DNA from: Nemertoderma westbladi
Lineage: Eukaryota; Animalia; Xenacoelomorpha
NCBI GenBank assembly: GCA_032718475.1
Contig: JAUCBJ010007105.1
Span: 15,234-79,233 of the forward strand
Direction of reading: 5' to 3'
DNA length: 64,000 nucleotides
Position 1 is the stretch's first letter; every line of letters starts with the position of its first letter. This document shows positions 1 to 13,652 of the stretch, piece after piece. The notes under the pieces were generated by a model. The model worked only from the letters and a program-made list of their open reading frames with translations. It searched no databases and was not told where the DNA came from. Both the position numbers and the translations under genes were made by a program.

Positions 1-329
1 CTGTTTCGAGGGTATACAGGAACTGTTTCTGCAGCTGCTAACTTAACTGCTTCTGTAAAGGCAGTATAGCCCTCACAGTGATCGTTGAGAGCAGAAACTG
101 TGAACTCTGACCAAAGATTTGATTTAGGCAAGGTGGCATCAGTAATTTGAGCTCTGGAAAATATAATGTAATAATTGTCAATATAAAGTGTTGGCTTCGA
201 TAGTATGAAGTTTCATTTGTGTAATAGCATTATTATTTCAATAAATTGAGTAATTGGGTGTACTAACATATTATATATTTAAATGAGACATCATACCTCG
301 AACCATGAGGAATCACAGGCATCATACCT

Positions 330-760
330 CGAACCATGACAAATCACAGGCAAGACCTGGCGGAAGTCACCAACGCCGACCACAATTTTGCTTCCCAAAA
401 GGTAAGTCTTCTCGAGTAACATCCCTGAGAGCTCGATCTAACCCTTCAAGATGATGGCGGTGCATCATTGGATCTTCATCCCAAACTATGAGCTTCGACA
501 TTTCAATAAGTTGGAAGGTGGCATAGTTCATGGAAAAGTTAAAGGTTTCAGTCTCACTATGCTATAATTGAACCTTAAATCGTGAGTGGAATGTGTGCCC
601 TTTGGAAAGTAGAAGTGCGGCAACAGCACTCGACGATGTAGCAAGAGCAACATTTGTTTGTTCCTTTGAAGTCCGAGATGCTGCTAGCAACGTGTTAAGT
701 AGAAATGTTTTGCCAGTCCCTCCGCGAGCCGATATAAACATGGCTAAAGATTGGTCTGTA
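330..760 (-). pseudogene. Helitron Pif1-like helicase exon fragment (degenerate)
   Basis: Minus-strand translation gives ARGGTGKTFLLNTLL (Walker A), HTFHSRFKV, IVWDEDPMMHRHHLEGLDRALRD (Walker B region) and VGDFRQVLPV; contains frameshifts. Confidence 0.85.
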
Positions 761-1446
761 AAAAATAATTATTTTCACAATTATGAATTAGATTAAAAAA
801 ATTGGGTTCTTTAAAGTCATTATTATTATCCACTCCTTCCTGCTGGTGCACATATTTTTCTTAAATTTATTGTACATATAAAGTTATTTATAAAAACATA
901 AAAACACAGATAAAAATATGGCAAAATAACAACGTACTATTATTGATGCATTCCATCACTTTATTGCAAATAGCCAGTTGATCTTCTTTTAATAACGCGA
1001 TTCTCCATTGGTGTTCTAGTACTTTTTCATCAAAGTCCAAACTTAGCTCATCCTAAATAAAAAACATTATTTGAACACATTAGGATTGTTGGTTCTTTCT
1101 AATGAAAATTATTATTATTACATCATATCATTATAATATTCTTAGTAATACTATTCCAATCTTTGTTCTCAAGGGTGTCGAGTTCGATACCATGGTGGGA
1201 TATTTTAACAAAAACCCAAGCCTAATGAGCCTCTAGTTCTTTCTTGAAATTAGAATAATGAGGTACCATTATTTTTTTGGAAAAAGTAAAGTCCATGTGT
1301 CCAGCCAGAGGTCCATGTCCAAGGCCCAAGCTGAGACTATCTTTAATTACATTTTTTTAAAGTGTTGTCTACGCCTAAATGATTTTGCAAATGGATTCTA
1401 ACCTGTATAATGACAGGGAAATGGGGTTGACTCTCTGAGAGTAGAA

Positions 1447-1820
1447 TTATGTCAGGCGTATGTCTCCCTGAGTTGGAGTAGGAAGCCCAAAGTCTTTCAG
1501 TTGTTTATCTTTCTGCTGTAGTTTAGTTTGTATATCATTGAGGAGTAGAATTTGAATATCATCAACAGAGGAGTTCGGGAAGCGGCGGCTGAAGTCGTGA
1601 GTCCACTCGTGTTGATGTGCGTTAAACAATGCTAATGGATTAGAGGGATTGCAGTGAATTAGAATTACTACAAATAAACTGCGAATTGCAGGGCACAGTT
1701 TCATCTCATCAGCCTCCCTCAGAACACTATCCCATTCACCGTTGTCTTCTAAGAGGCCAATTCGTAGACATACTTCCTTGTATGTTGCTGCCTCGAACTG
1801 ATCCACTGTTAACATATCCT
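1447..1820 (-). pseudogene. Helitron Rep-helicase linker exon
   Basis: TYKEVCLRIGLLEDNGEWDSVLREA...IRSLFVVILIHCNPSNPLALF...LKDFGLP is typical of Helitron RepHel; preceded by an acceptor-like tttcag at ~1820. Confidence 0.85.
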
Positions 1821-2147
1821 GAAATAGTAAAACTCCACCTATTATTAATGATTTCGGGAGCACCATTATGCGATCCGGCTATAGTTGACCAATGTTCAGC
1901 ATCCTACACAATAATATATTGCGTTATTAATGTTCAAATTTGTTAAAAGAAGAATTAAAAAAAAATCCACACTGAATATTGAATAAAAGTAAAATAAACA
2001 ATACGCTAAACGTGTTATATATAAATTATAGTAAAAAAACACCTTTTCTCTTGTTTAGTAAGTAAGATGTAGTAGTATCCTGAGATATAGTAGTAATAAC
2101 CTTGAAACTAATTTTATAATTTATGTATTATTTATATATTTTAAACT

Positions 2148-2383
2148 GGACTTTGGATGAATAACTCTATTACAAATGAGCGAAAAAATGAACTCGCCAC
2201 CACCAGCGGGGTTCGAAACCTTGTCTCCCAATAACCGTTCAGGTATGCAGACCACAGCAGACACTTGCCTTCATGGTGTAGTGGTCAGCATACCTGAACT
2301 TTTATCGGGAGACTTGGGCCGCTTGTGGTGAGTTCAATTTTTCCCTCCATTTACAATAGAGCTGTTCATCCAATTAAGGTCCA
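2148..2383. repeat. Imperfect palindrome made of two inverted tRNA-like segments (MITE/SINE-like)
   Basis: Arms tggatgaataactctattacaaatgag / ctccatttacaatagagctgttcatcca and gttcaggtatgcagaccac / gtggtcagcatacctgaac; A-box-like TGGTGTAGTGG and B-box-like GGTTCGAAACC. Confidence 0.6.
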
Positions 2384-2439
2384 AAATAATTAATAATTTA
2401 TACAATTTATAGATATGTTAATCATAAAAAGAAATAACC

Positions 2440-2520
2440 TTGAAACTTATTTTGCCCTTGCTTATGGTTGTGGTTAAGTAGCAATCTAAGATAGAATTCA
2501 TCCCCTGCTAGGGGATGCGC
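2440..2520 (-). pseudogene. Helitron RepHel exon fragment
   Basis: HPLAGDEFYLRLLLNHNHKQG motif, homologous to the fragment at 20.9-21.0 kb, followed by a GT donor. Confidence 0.75.
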
Positions 2521-3109
2521 GGTATTTATTTATTTATTTATTTTATTTTAATCCGGGCCACTGACGCCCATAGAGATTACACAGATATAACTAGAACTAT
2601 AGAATATTATAAAAAAAAGGACAAGGATGTTCCCCCAACCATTGTACTACTTCAATCAATGAATTTAAAAATAACAAAACACAAGCAAACTTAAGTCAAA
2701 GAGAAAATGAAGAAGTTAAAGGCAAGCAACCATACAAACAAATGATCAAGTAGCAACAAATCAAACAACAGGGGACTCTACGAGGTGGTCCATGGTTCCT
2801 AATACCCCACCGCACCCCCCCCCCCCCACCCGACGGAACAGACTTACATGCCCCACCCCCCCCCCCCCCCTCACCAATGAAACAGACTAACTTACACACC
2901 CCCCTCCCCACTTAGCTTTCTTATTTTGTCGATATTGTTATACTTTATATTGGAGTAGCAATTCAAAGTAAGTCTAAATTTAGATGGTTGAGTTTGAATT
3001 TAAATTTAAATTAAATCTTGAAGGTTAATGTAAATCCTCTGCTATAAATGTGAAAGACATACAAATGCAATGTGTGCAATAACAAGCGTGTTAAATAAGT
3101 AATACATGA

Positions 3110-3566
3110 TTATTTTCTTGGATGCCTAGGCCTAGTACCTGCAGCAGTATTAGGACCAGTAATACCTTCTGCCATCTCTGCTCTCACAATTGGTTCCAAT
3201 CGCCCTGCTGGCAGTGCCTGATTGAAAGCTCCCGGCATTATCTGACGGGCAGCAACTTCTCTTGCTTGTTCAGGCATGTCAACTTGAAGATTATCGTCTT
3301 CCTCCCCTTTTCCTTGTGAAGCATCTTCACCATTATCTTCTTCATTGAATAGCTCTTCCTCCTCCACCACTTCATCTACAAAAGGCTGGAAATCGTTCGA
3401 CATTAATGCTATGAGAGTTACCATTTGCTCCCTAACTCCTACATCATCTACAGGTACTCTTCTAGATTCTGCTGGCGCCTGTTCCACTTGCTCCTGTGGT
3501 TCAGCTCCACCAGCTTGAAATGTCACATTGCTAAGAGCTCCTTTTGGTATTCTCACATTGTTTCCT
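3110..3566 (-). other. Acidic exon-like ORF of unknown origin (possibly an N-terminal Helitron exon)
   Basis: ~150 open codons, E/D-rich, preceded by acceptor-like tttctttattag; same strand as and upstream of the Helitron exons; no recognisable motif. Confidence 0.35.
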
Positions 3567-4158
3567 AATAAAGAAAAAATGAACAGCAAAAACCAGGTAA
3601 AAAAAGGTATTTAAAAACTGGTGATAAAATAAGAATGTAAAAACCAATAATAAAGAAATTGGAAGAAAACCAGTAAGAAAAAACGGCAAATAAAGTCTGG
3701 TAGGCCTAATAGAAAAGGAAAGTAAAAACTGGAAATTGGTAATAGAAAAGGAAAATAAAAACTGATAGATTGCACAACCACATGATACCTCCTTGGTTTG
3801 GCCGCTGGTTCATTGCTACGTTGACCTTTCTATCTAAACCATGTACCGGTACTTCACACATTCATTTTAATCTCTTTGGGTTGTAAACTCATAACTCAGT
3901 TCTACCCGGTAGTTACTGGTATGATTCACAACTCTATCTTGTAGTTCAATTTTAATTTTAATAGCGCTCAAAGTACTTTCACACCTAACATACTGATGTT
4001 ACTCTTATTCCACTGTGCCACTATTTTAATGTCATTATTACACGTAGGCCTTCATTCAATTAATTACTTAAATTTACTGTGCAAATATTCAATTATAATT
4101 AAATTAAAATTGTATTCATACCTTAAAATAATTGTGCAGTCATTTTCACATATATACA

Positions 4159-5928
4159 TATGAATATGATATATATTGTTCCAAAACATTTGGAAATAAA
4201 ATGGCATGCCCAATATAAATAAAATTATTAGTCTAAAAGGTCGCGCGTAAAATTAATTAAATACATGGCGTAACGTAGGTCGGAGGTGCAGCTAGGGATG
4301 GCTGGGCACGAGGTGTAGTGGTCGGCGGAGTTGGCTGGCTGGTCGCATGCCCAGCAGGTACACGTACTCGTAGGGCGCCAACATTTATTTGTCCCGCAAA
4401 GTTTGTGGTGGAACCCGTTGCTTAGTAACTGGGCCGCGGCACGCCGTCTGACTCCTGTCAGGCGGGACAGATTTATGTCGCACATCTGCGGGTTGTCAAC
4501 GGCGTTTAGTATTGCCGAAGATGAAGCAAATTTGCTGACACCGCACCAGACCTTCCAATAGAAAGCTCTGGTGCGGCGGATGTGATCCAAACTTGCGATG
4601 TCATCGGCGGCGGTGAATGTTAGACAACCATATGTGATTGCCGGGTACACCACAGCACTCCAGAGACGTTTCGCGCTGTCCATATAGATTACAGAGAAGT
4701 TGATTTTCGATGCGAGTCCTATCGAACTGACAATACCTTTTTTATAAAGATGTTCGTAGTGAGCTGTTGAGTGGTTTTTAGTTGATAATACAACACCTAA
4801 ATAGTTGAAGGAGTTCACAAATTCCAGTGGATGTCCATTGTACATAAGTTTATCATTACGTGAAAGGCGGCCTCCACGTCGAAACTTTACAACTTTCGTT
4901 TTTGCAATATTTACGGTGAGGTCGTTTTCTTTACAATAGGTCTCCAGGTTGTCCAGTGCTGTCTGAACCTCCTGTAAGGATTTTCCGCATATGACTAGGT
5001 CGTCGGCGTACATAAACGCCAGGCAACCAGCAGCGATGATAACGAGTGGTAGATCAACCACATATAAAATAAACAATAGAGGGGATAATTTATCCCCCTG
5101 GAGAACCCCAATTGTTTGAGTTATCGGATCTAATGTGTATGAACCGATGCAAACACATACATAATTTATAGCCATAATTGCCCATAGACTAGCAATAAAT
5201 CGTCTACTAACCCCTAGACCAGACAGTTTCGTACAAAGCATTGTTCTATTTATAGAGTCAAATGCCTTTCGGAAGTCGACAAACACGCAATATGCGTGTC
5301 CGCCGGGAAGTTGGATAGCGTCATGGATGTAGTCGTATATTGCTTTCACAGCCATAAGAGTAGATCGCAATTTACGGAAACCAAACTGTTCCGGGGGTAG
5401 AATATTGTGCGACTCAGCCCATTTATATAAACGCGTTGCGAGAATCGATGTGTATGTCTTTAGGAGGCAGGATAATAGCGCTATGCCACGATAACAGTCT
5501 GGTGCAGTTCGACTGCCTTTACCTTTGTAGAGAGGCAAGAGATATGAGGTGAGCCATGTTATGGGACATAACCCCATGGAAAGGCAGGTTGTGAATAAAA
5601 TAAGTAAATATGGCAGCAGATGGCAAATCCCGGACTTCAACACGTCGTTTGTGATGCCATCCGGGCCCGCGGCTTTCCGGGGTTTATTCGAGTTTACAGC
5701 TGCAGTGACTTCCGCTGCATCGATCGGGTCGTCTAGTGGGAAGCTAGAGTTCTCTGGTATATTAGGCATCTGTGTGTCGGTATCGGTTGTTAATAAAGTA
5801 GTGAAATGGTTGGCCCAGATTTCCTCTGGAACTTGCTGCGCGACTGGTTGCGAGTTATGCTTGCTCCTTAATATGTTCCAAAACGAAGATTTATCTTTCT
5901 CGCACCGATCCATATATCTCGCACCGAT
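4159..5928 (-). mobile_element. 5'-truncated LINE (RT plus C-terminal Cys/His finger)
   Basis: ORF 4228-5973: KAAGPDGI, YRGIALLS, EQFGFR, FVDFRKAFDSI, GVLQGDKLSPLLF, YADDL, YLGV and CxCxxC...H...C; candidate low-complexity 11-bp TSD ACATATATACA at 4148-4158 and 5929-5939. Confidence 0.9.
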
Positions 5929-6594
5929 ACATATATACAATATACATATAATAAATGCAATACAATTATACAAATTCAGTTCATATAGGTGACAAGTATA
6001 ATTGCTTTACTTCCAGTTACTTTTACTCATTTCATAAAGGTATTATGTATAATTGCAGTAATTCAAGTTACTTTTTTACTCAGATCATAATGTTGTCAAA
6101 TATAATTGCTTTACTCAAGCAAGTATTATTGCAGTAATTCAAGTTACTTTTTTTAATCAGTTCGTAAAGGTGTCAAATATAATTTCTCTACTCCAGTTAA
6201 TATGATTCAGTTCGTAAAGGTTTAGAAGTATACTTGCACTATTTCAATTTACTTTTATTTCCAATATCTTGCTGAATGTTTGATACATCTGATGCAGAAA
6301 ACAATATTTGTTTTTGTCAAGGATTTGCAGAAATCGTTTATCTTAAAGGAACAAAATAAGAAATCTACACAGATCAGATATAGTGCTGTCAGTTGAGTAG
6401 TAAGGATATTTCCGATCTTCTTTTAGGACAAAACTTGCCAGTGTATATCCTGTGTATATGCCAGGGTATATACAGTAGTTAATTCGTCACCTGATGCAAA
6501 CTTTTCTCTTGATATTGGTACCGGCAGACATGGCTATTAAGTTATCTCTCTAATCGTTGCAGATTTGTTGCATATATGATCCATTCCACAGGAA

Positions 6595-6689
6595 ATGACT
6601 GACAAACAACTAATACCGGTACATAATGTAACTGGCATTTGTTTCAAACAAATGCCAGTTACATTATGTATAACTTGTTTGTTAGTCAT
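6595..6689. repeat. Palindrome with perfect 25-bp arms and imperfect outer arms
   Basis: TACATAATGTAACTGGCATTTGTTT-C-AAACAAATGCCAGTTACATTATGTA (6620-6670), flanked by atgactgacaaacaa / ttgtttgttagtcat. Confidence 0.9.
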
Positions 6690-7204
6690 GTTGCGTCGTT
6701 ATGGCAAACCCCACCATCCATAAAGTGTAAAGCTAAATGAGTAAATCTAAATAACAACAAAATGTCCGTTAAATAAGTTACAAATAATAGTTTTTAAATC
6801 AAAATATTTAATTTAACAATCCAGTAAGCAAGTTAAAAAAACACATTACAGATAGAGAGATGCAGAGTATGCACTATGTAAACTCTATAATTACTAATTG
6901 CCAGTCAACCCTTGACTGCCTTGGTATAAATGCGTGAACTCTATTATCAGTGAAACAAGCAAAATATTTAATTTTAATACCTGTATGTTTGAAGTGTGAC
7001 ACGATACATTCGACAGAGGAAGTAGAGGCTCAATGAATATAAGAAAGATATTGCCGGTACTTTAAGTAGATTCGATATTGTCTATCGGAAATAAATTTAT
7101 TGCATTTTTATATTTCTGACACTTATTTGATTGATTTTAATCCAGCTTATTCAAATTCAGTCACACTTTTAGCTGAAGTAAAATAATATTGCAAAGTGGA
7201 TGGG

Positions 7205-7545
7205 AATAAGACCCTACCGTTCCATCCACATGTAACAACACACTACCATTGTTAGTCCCTTCCTTTCCCTTCACCTGTTACTCCCTCCCGTTCGACACAC
7301 CTGTTACATCCACTTGTAACACCCTACCGTTCCACCCACCAGCACTGTTATGAACTCTAACAACCTTACCAGCACCGTTACCCACTCTAACAATATTACC
7401 AGCATCATTATAAACTTTAAGAACATTACAACCACCATTACGAACTGGAACAACCTTGGCGGCATCGTTACCAAATCTAATAAGATTAGCAGCTTTGTTA
7501 CGATCTCTAACAACCTCACCAGCATCATTACCAACTCAGAAAACA
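7205..7545. repeat. Degenerate ~39-bp minisatellite
   Basis: Repeated aacaaccttaccagcaccgttacgaactct-like units. Confidence 0.7.
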
Positions 7546-9704
7546 TTACATTACATATGGATAGATAACAAACTTACATGGAAAAATCACTGCGCGTATG
7601 TACTAAAAAAAATCTCAAAATCAATAGGTATATTCTTCAAATTACGTCACATCCTACCATTAGGCATTATGAAATTACTTTACTACGCTTTGATACAACC
7701 GTATATTACGTACGGTATAGTGATCTGGGGAACTGCTAAACATGTTCATATTAATCCGATTAAAACTAAAATAAACAAATTAATTAGAGCAATTACCTTC
7801 AGTCACTACCGGAAACATGCACCACCACTATACAGACAATTAAATATACTACCTATAGACAAATTACACATACTTGAAACAGCTAAACTAATCTGGGAAA
7901 TCCGTAATAACAAAAAAACGATCTTTTATAACATCATTGTTCCAACAAACATCCACTTTACATACTTACAATACTACTACTACTAGGATCGGCATGCTGC
8001 ATTGCAGCTGCATTTTTAAGAATGCTGTGCCGGCTTGTCAACAAAATTGCAACTCCCTATCACCCATGACATTTGCTAGATCATCCGCATCTTTAAGGCC
8101 AGTGTCCTTTAAGATGCGTCTCAAGAAAGTCATGGGCTGTCCACCATGCTTATTCACTCCATGAGGCTGCCAAAGTACAAGATTATGCACTGGCTGGTCC
8201 TCACGGCGAAAGCAATGTCCTGCAAAGCGGAGGCGATTTTGTTCTAGTGTCAAGCTTGGGGGAACCAATGAGACACCTCCAATGTTATATAGTGTCTGGT
8301 TGGAGATGTGTGCATTGTACTTGACACAATGTACCCGGCGTAGCATTCTTGTGAATGTGCCATCCAGAGATTTGGTGTCCTCAGCAGTTAGAGCCCAGCA
8401 TGGACTCCCGTAGAGGAGTACTGGAACTACTGCTGCTCTAAATAATCGGACCTTAAGTTTCCGATTAATTCTAGGTGACTTCCAAATCCTGGAAAGCCTA
8501 TTCAAGGCTGCCCATGCCTTTCCCTTACGTATTCGAAGGTCCTCACCTGACTTCCGGATCCATGATCCCAGGTAACAGAAGTCGTCCACATGCTCAAGCA
8601 TACCATCCTTTGAGCTTATGCTCATCCGATCAGAGACTTGCTGAGGACTTTCAAAGTTAACTGTCAGAATTTTGGTCTTTCTGGAGTTAATAAAAAGACC
8701 AACACTAGAAGCAGCATGTTCTAATGAGCTGAGGAGCCGCTGGGCTCCCTCTAATGATTCTGAGAGTACTCCTAAGTCATCAGCAAAGTCTAGATCAGTT
8801 AGGTACTTGGCAGGATTTCCTCGACTTCTGGAGCCAGTAGGTGGAGTTATCATCACCCCATCATCATTATGATGATCTAAGGACATGCGTAGAACATAGT
8901 CAACCACAATAATGAACAAGAATGGTGCAAGTGTGTCTCCTTGGAGGACGCCCCATAACACTTCAAATGGTTCTGTGTCACCATCAACAGTAGACACAAA
9001 TGTTGTCGAACCATCGTATACTGATCTGATTGCTGCAATGCAATACTTACAATACTCGATCAACGACACGCCAAAACTACTTTATACCTCGGACCCGACT
9101 ATTACAAACTCAAAATTCATTAAAATATCACGGCGCCATTGTCTGGAACTCCTTAGACACCGACATAAAACAAAGCAAATCGAAAAAAACACTAGGTAGG
9201 AAACTAAAAATCAAATTAATTAATGAACTACAGTAAAAACAAAAATGATATAAATTAAATACAAATAAATATCAAACCTAATCTTCCAAAAAATAAGAAT
9301 TTAATTATTTACAACAGATATCACAGGTAAAAAATAGTTGGAATACAACTATTGGTTATGGTTATGGATATGGCAGAATTGAACTTAGTAGTGGCTGGCG
9401 GCATCCCTTGAAATTCTCCCCCCCCCCCCCTCCCCCCTCCCCCACCCACCCCTGATTGACCGATGGCAGGAACCGGCATTACTAGCTACCGGTACCACTA
9501 CTGTCAGTTCCTGCCAGGGCACTTAAACATAATAGCACACAAAAAAATTGCAGAACATACAAACAAATTTGAAATGCTCTCAAGGTGAATTATATTTTAA
9601 TTTGTTTTGTGAACTACTGTTTATTTAAATATTGTCTGTAAATTGTGTGTGGTCATTCTGGAACAAAATATAAGAGCCCTTGCAGGCTCACATCAATCAA
9701 TCAA
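7545..9704 (+). mobile_element. 3' end of a CR1/L2/Crack-like LINE, interrupted by an RTE insertion
   Basis: IDNKLTWKNH...SKSIGIFFKLRHILP...LYYALIQPYITYGIVIWG (7545-7975) continues after the insert as HTYNTRSTTRQ...SLKYHGAIVWNSL (9043-9236); (ATCA)n tail at ~9691-9704. Confidence 0.85.
7976..9042 (-). mobile_element. 5'-truncated RTE-like LINE
   Basis: GVLQGDTLAPFLF, LDFADDL, FCYLGS, PVLLYGSPCW, RLRFAGHCFR; (TAG)n tail; 14-bp TSD ATACTTACAATACT at 7962-7975 and 9043-9056. Confidence 0.93.
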
Positions 9705-10274
9705 GCTATGCATGTCATCTGTTTGTGACTTATGTAAAGATAAGTTTGATGCAAAGTATGTAAGTGACCTTGATAGTTCTATATTTCTATATTTCTATTT
9801 CTTTTTATAGTTCTATATATTCTACATTATTCTTATAATGGGAACTGTTTTGGACGTTGAAGCTCAATAAGGGGCTTGCTAGTTCGAAGTTAGATATTGA
9901 GTAATTTCTTGGACATCGAAGCCGAAAAAGAGATCAATTTATTATTGAATTTATCAATTTGATTTATTTAGTATAATAGTTGTGACATGGTAATTTTGAG
10001 CAGATTTATTACATTTTTTAAATAGATGTTTATTTTAATAGTGTACAATAAATCAACAGTGCATACAGCACTTAAGGCCAACACCGTCACCAACTAACAA
10101 AATCTAAAAAGAATTTAGTAGATTAAGAGCCAGAGTTTGTTCATTCTTGTATCCTTCGAGACATTTATGATGTCGGCCGAGAAAGACCTTCAAGTAGACT
10201 AGGAGAGTGAGTGGAAGGAGTCGATGTCGAGCAATGTGGCAATGTGACAGCAATAAATAAATAAAATAAATCCG

Positions 10275-10505
10275 GTTATCAGTACCCGGTTACCAATTTT
10301 AGTACCCAGTTACGAATTTCAGTGCCCTGTTACTAATTTCAGTACCCAGTTACCAATTTCAGTACCCGGTTACTAATTTCAAGACGCGGTTACTAATTTC
10401 ACTATCCGGTTACTATTTTCAGTACCAGGTAAGTTACTATTTTCATTCCCAGTTACTAATTTTAGTATCCAGTTACTAATTTTAGTACCTAGTTACTAAT
10501 TTTAG
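10275..10505. repeat. ~21-bp minisatellite
   Basis: About 11 units of cagtacccggttactaattt-like sequence. Confidence 0.85.
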
Positions 10506-11089
10506 TTTTTAATTTGACCCATTTGATGAGTGGAATATCTGTGGGTGTTAGCGCTTTTAGTAAATTATGTTCTTTCACTCTCAATTTTCATATATTTTGA
10601 CTCTTTTCTGTTACTTAATAAACCATGCAAAATTGAAGGCAAGATGTCTGGTCTGATACAATAAACGGGATTGCGCTAGTGTACCTGTTAACAAGGGCCG
10701 CTCACTGTATCTGTTTCTTTGCCCTTTTTCCCTTCGATGCATACATTTGCTCTATATTTCACTTAGTTCAATACGGTATTTGATTATCTATTGTATTTGA
10801 CTGAGACACTATACCGGGAGGGTGTGACAACACAGTATAACACGTTCGTGGGGCCTTCGCGCAGCACGAGGCCCAGTTATGAGATACAAATTAAAATTGT
10901 GCGACTGTATCACAAAATCAGGTTATGAGATATTAACCCACACCACCAATTAATCAAAGAAAGGGGGACAGTACGTGTTCACCCCTTTTAATCTGCACAC
11001 CCCCCCCCCCCCTCCCCCCACCCACCAATTCATAACCGCGACATCTACCACCCACGGAAGGGTAGCACGAACTTATTTCCAATCGCACG

Positions 11090-11380
11090 TTAAATATGCA
11101 AAGCCAGGTGGTTTATAGGAATATAATAAACGCAGTACTCGTTTTCATTATAAGCCTCTTTGCGTTCGTCCTGTTTTGTATTTAAATATATTTCTTAAAC
11201 GCAGGCTAGGACGATCTTTATAATAATAATAACTAGGGATGCGATCAATATGTGAAGCCAGGTGGTTTATATAACAATTTAGTCAACGCAGTACTCGTCT
11301 TCATTATATGCCTCGTTGCGCTCGTCGCTTGTCCTGATTTGTCATAAAATATTTTTCCTAAACGCAGACTGACGATCTTT
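11090..11380. repeat. Diverged ~160-bp tandem duplication
   Basis: aagccaggtggtttata...aacgcagtactcgt...aaacgcag...gacgatcttta occurs twice. Confidence 0.75.
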
Positions 11381-12370
11381 ATACAGTTATAACTATGCGA
11401 AGTTTCGAAACTGTGCGAGTAACTGTTGATACATATATGTGGAGATGTGTGATACAACGCCAACGCATCTTATGCCGATGTAGTAATATGGGTATTGAAA
11501 TAATATTAAATCAATGTACACTCTTAAAGCTGCAGCGAAAAAATGTAGCTAATTTCCTAGGTTACATATAAAATAATAATATTATTTTTAAGAACATTAA
11601 TTTTACTACTTTGCAAAAATTCAATTAAAAAATAACCAGACATATACATTGTGGAATAAACTATTTCAGAAGCCTACACAACAGCCATGCCATGGATTGT
11701 ATTTATGTTATTATATCTGTCATTTACCTGAGATAGCAATACAACACTTATAGTAGAGTCAATACAGGAAGGATGTTGGGATGTTGGATTTCAATAATGA
11801 TGTCTGGGCTGGAATAGCAATACTGGTTGCCTATTACAGTACAATTCCTCTCTGGTTAGTCTACAGCCACAACTCCAAGCCAGCTAGCTCCACACCAGCA
11901 GAGACTTGACCAATAATCATTCCCAGCAAATAGCTGCCTTACACACACATCCTTCCATCGTACCAGCATGTTAGCCAATAAATGAGCAGTATTTAATGAG
12001 AATCAATTTTTTATGACGTTTTAATTACTTTAGATCAATTAAAGACACAATTAATAAAGCAAATCACTTGAACTAATTAAAAACTATAATAGAATGGCGT
12101 ATGTGGATTACATCTGTATAATTTTTAAGTATAATTATTTAAATCTTATACTGTAAAACAATTAATTTCCTTTAAAAGGCAGGTTGAAAATGGTGTTTTT
12201 ACCGTAATCAACTTAATTAACTAATTAACTGCTATTATCTTAGCTTCTCGAAGGCCACACGGAAATTCTACTTGGAAAATTTCTAAACTTTTGCCAAACA
12301 ACATGTGTACCAAGTTTGGATAGATTTCATCAAAGATTGGCTGAGTTATTAACGTTTAAAATTGGACGCG

Positions 12371-12498
12371 ACAGAACGACAGGTTGATTAATGGTACCAC
12401 TACGCTAAGGCTCACTCACTTCGTGGCTCGCCCCACAGAACGACAGGTTGATTAATGGTACCACTACGCTAAGGCTCACTCACATCGTGGCTCGCCCC
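12371..12498. repeat. 64-bp tandem duplication, probably the end of a non-autonomous (Helentron-like) repeat
   Basis: Two near-identical copies of acagaacgacaggttgattaatggtaccactacgctaaggctcactcacttcgtggctcgcccc; the family assignment is inference. Confidence 0.7.
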
Positions 12499-13652
12499 AC
12501 AAGCAAATGACTGACTAATTAATTCTGTAAGAACTCAAGTCTGGTGATTGTGTTTCCCTTTAGGGGAAACGTATAGAGACAAGTCTTCGGGTCTAATTAT
12601 ATTGATATCGCTACAGTATTCAATTTGTGACAACTCTCAATCGTGATGCAATTAATAATGAGAGCTTTGCTTACATTAATGGTCTGAAATATCGCCATAT
12701 ATTAATTATTTAGTAAGTCAGAGATATAACAGCACACAAATCTGATACAATTGTCCATATTATCACTGATACTTACTTACAGCAACCCACCTGTTGTGGC
12801 ACGTGTAAAACCTCCTTGATTACATAATATCGGCGATATATTAAGCAAATAATAAAGATAAATTGAATAAACCAGTAGAATATACAATGTAGCAATGAAT
12901 AATTATAATTCAATTATTAACTCTTTAATTTTAGACCTTAGGCCTGTAATAACCACCAGTCAGTTAAACCTGACCGGGGAATAAAGCCTCTACATGGGCA
13001 GTGCGACTTCTTCTGTCAAACAATACCAAAAAGAGAGAGTAAAATCAATCATAGCACAACCGCACTTATATACTAGCTTTATCAGGAAGGAGCATAGCCA
13101 ATAAGCGTCACGTATTCCATTTGAGGCTTAGTAGGCCATACAACAGAAATTAGATCGAATATAGGTGTAATAGCACAAGATGGCGTAAGAACCTTTACTA
13201 AAGAATAATTTGTAAGAAACAAATCAATATGATACCGTAACTGGTCCTTTATCACTAAATATACAGTATTTTGGGTAAATTGGTAAAATAAGTAATTTTA
13301 AAGGCAGGATTTATACCTGCAGCAACACCGCTTCCATTCATTTAGCTACCATTAAAGTCAAGACAGAAGTTCAAATTTGTACATAAAAATAACCTAATAA
13401 TTAAATAATTCAGTTATCTATCTCAATTTCTATATCAATCTCTATTTACTTTGATCTACGAATTGTTCTACGAATTTTATCAACTCAACTGCAATATTTG
13501 CATTCTTCTATAAATATTATTTTTTCGATATACTCAATTTCTACATCAATCTGTATTATCTTTGATCTACGAATTGTTCTATTAACTTTATAACCTCAAC
13601 TGCAATTTGATTTATTATTTCTTTTTTCACTCTCCACTCTTTCTTATCTAAT

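Noticed and set aside
10823-11043. Short TG...CA segment after GGGAGGG as an LTR
   Set aside because: No partner LTR, TSD or adjacent coding sequence.
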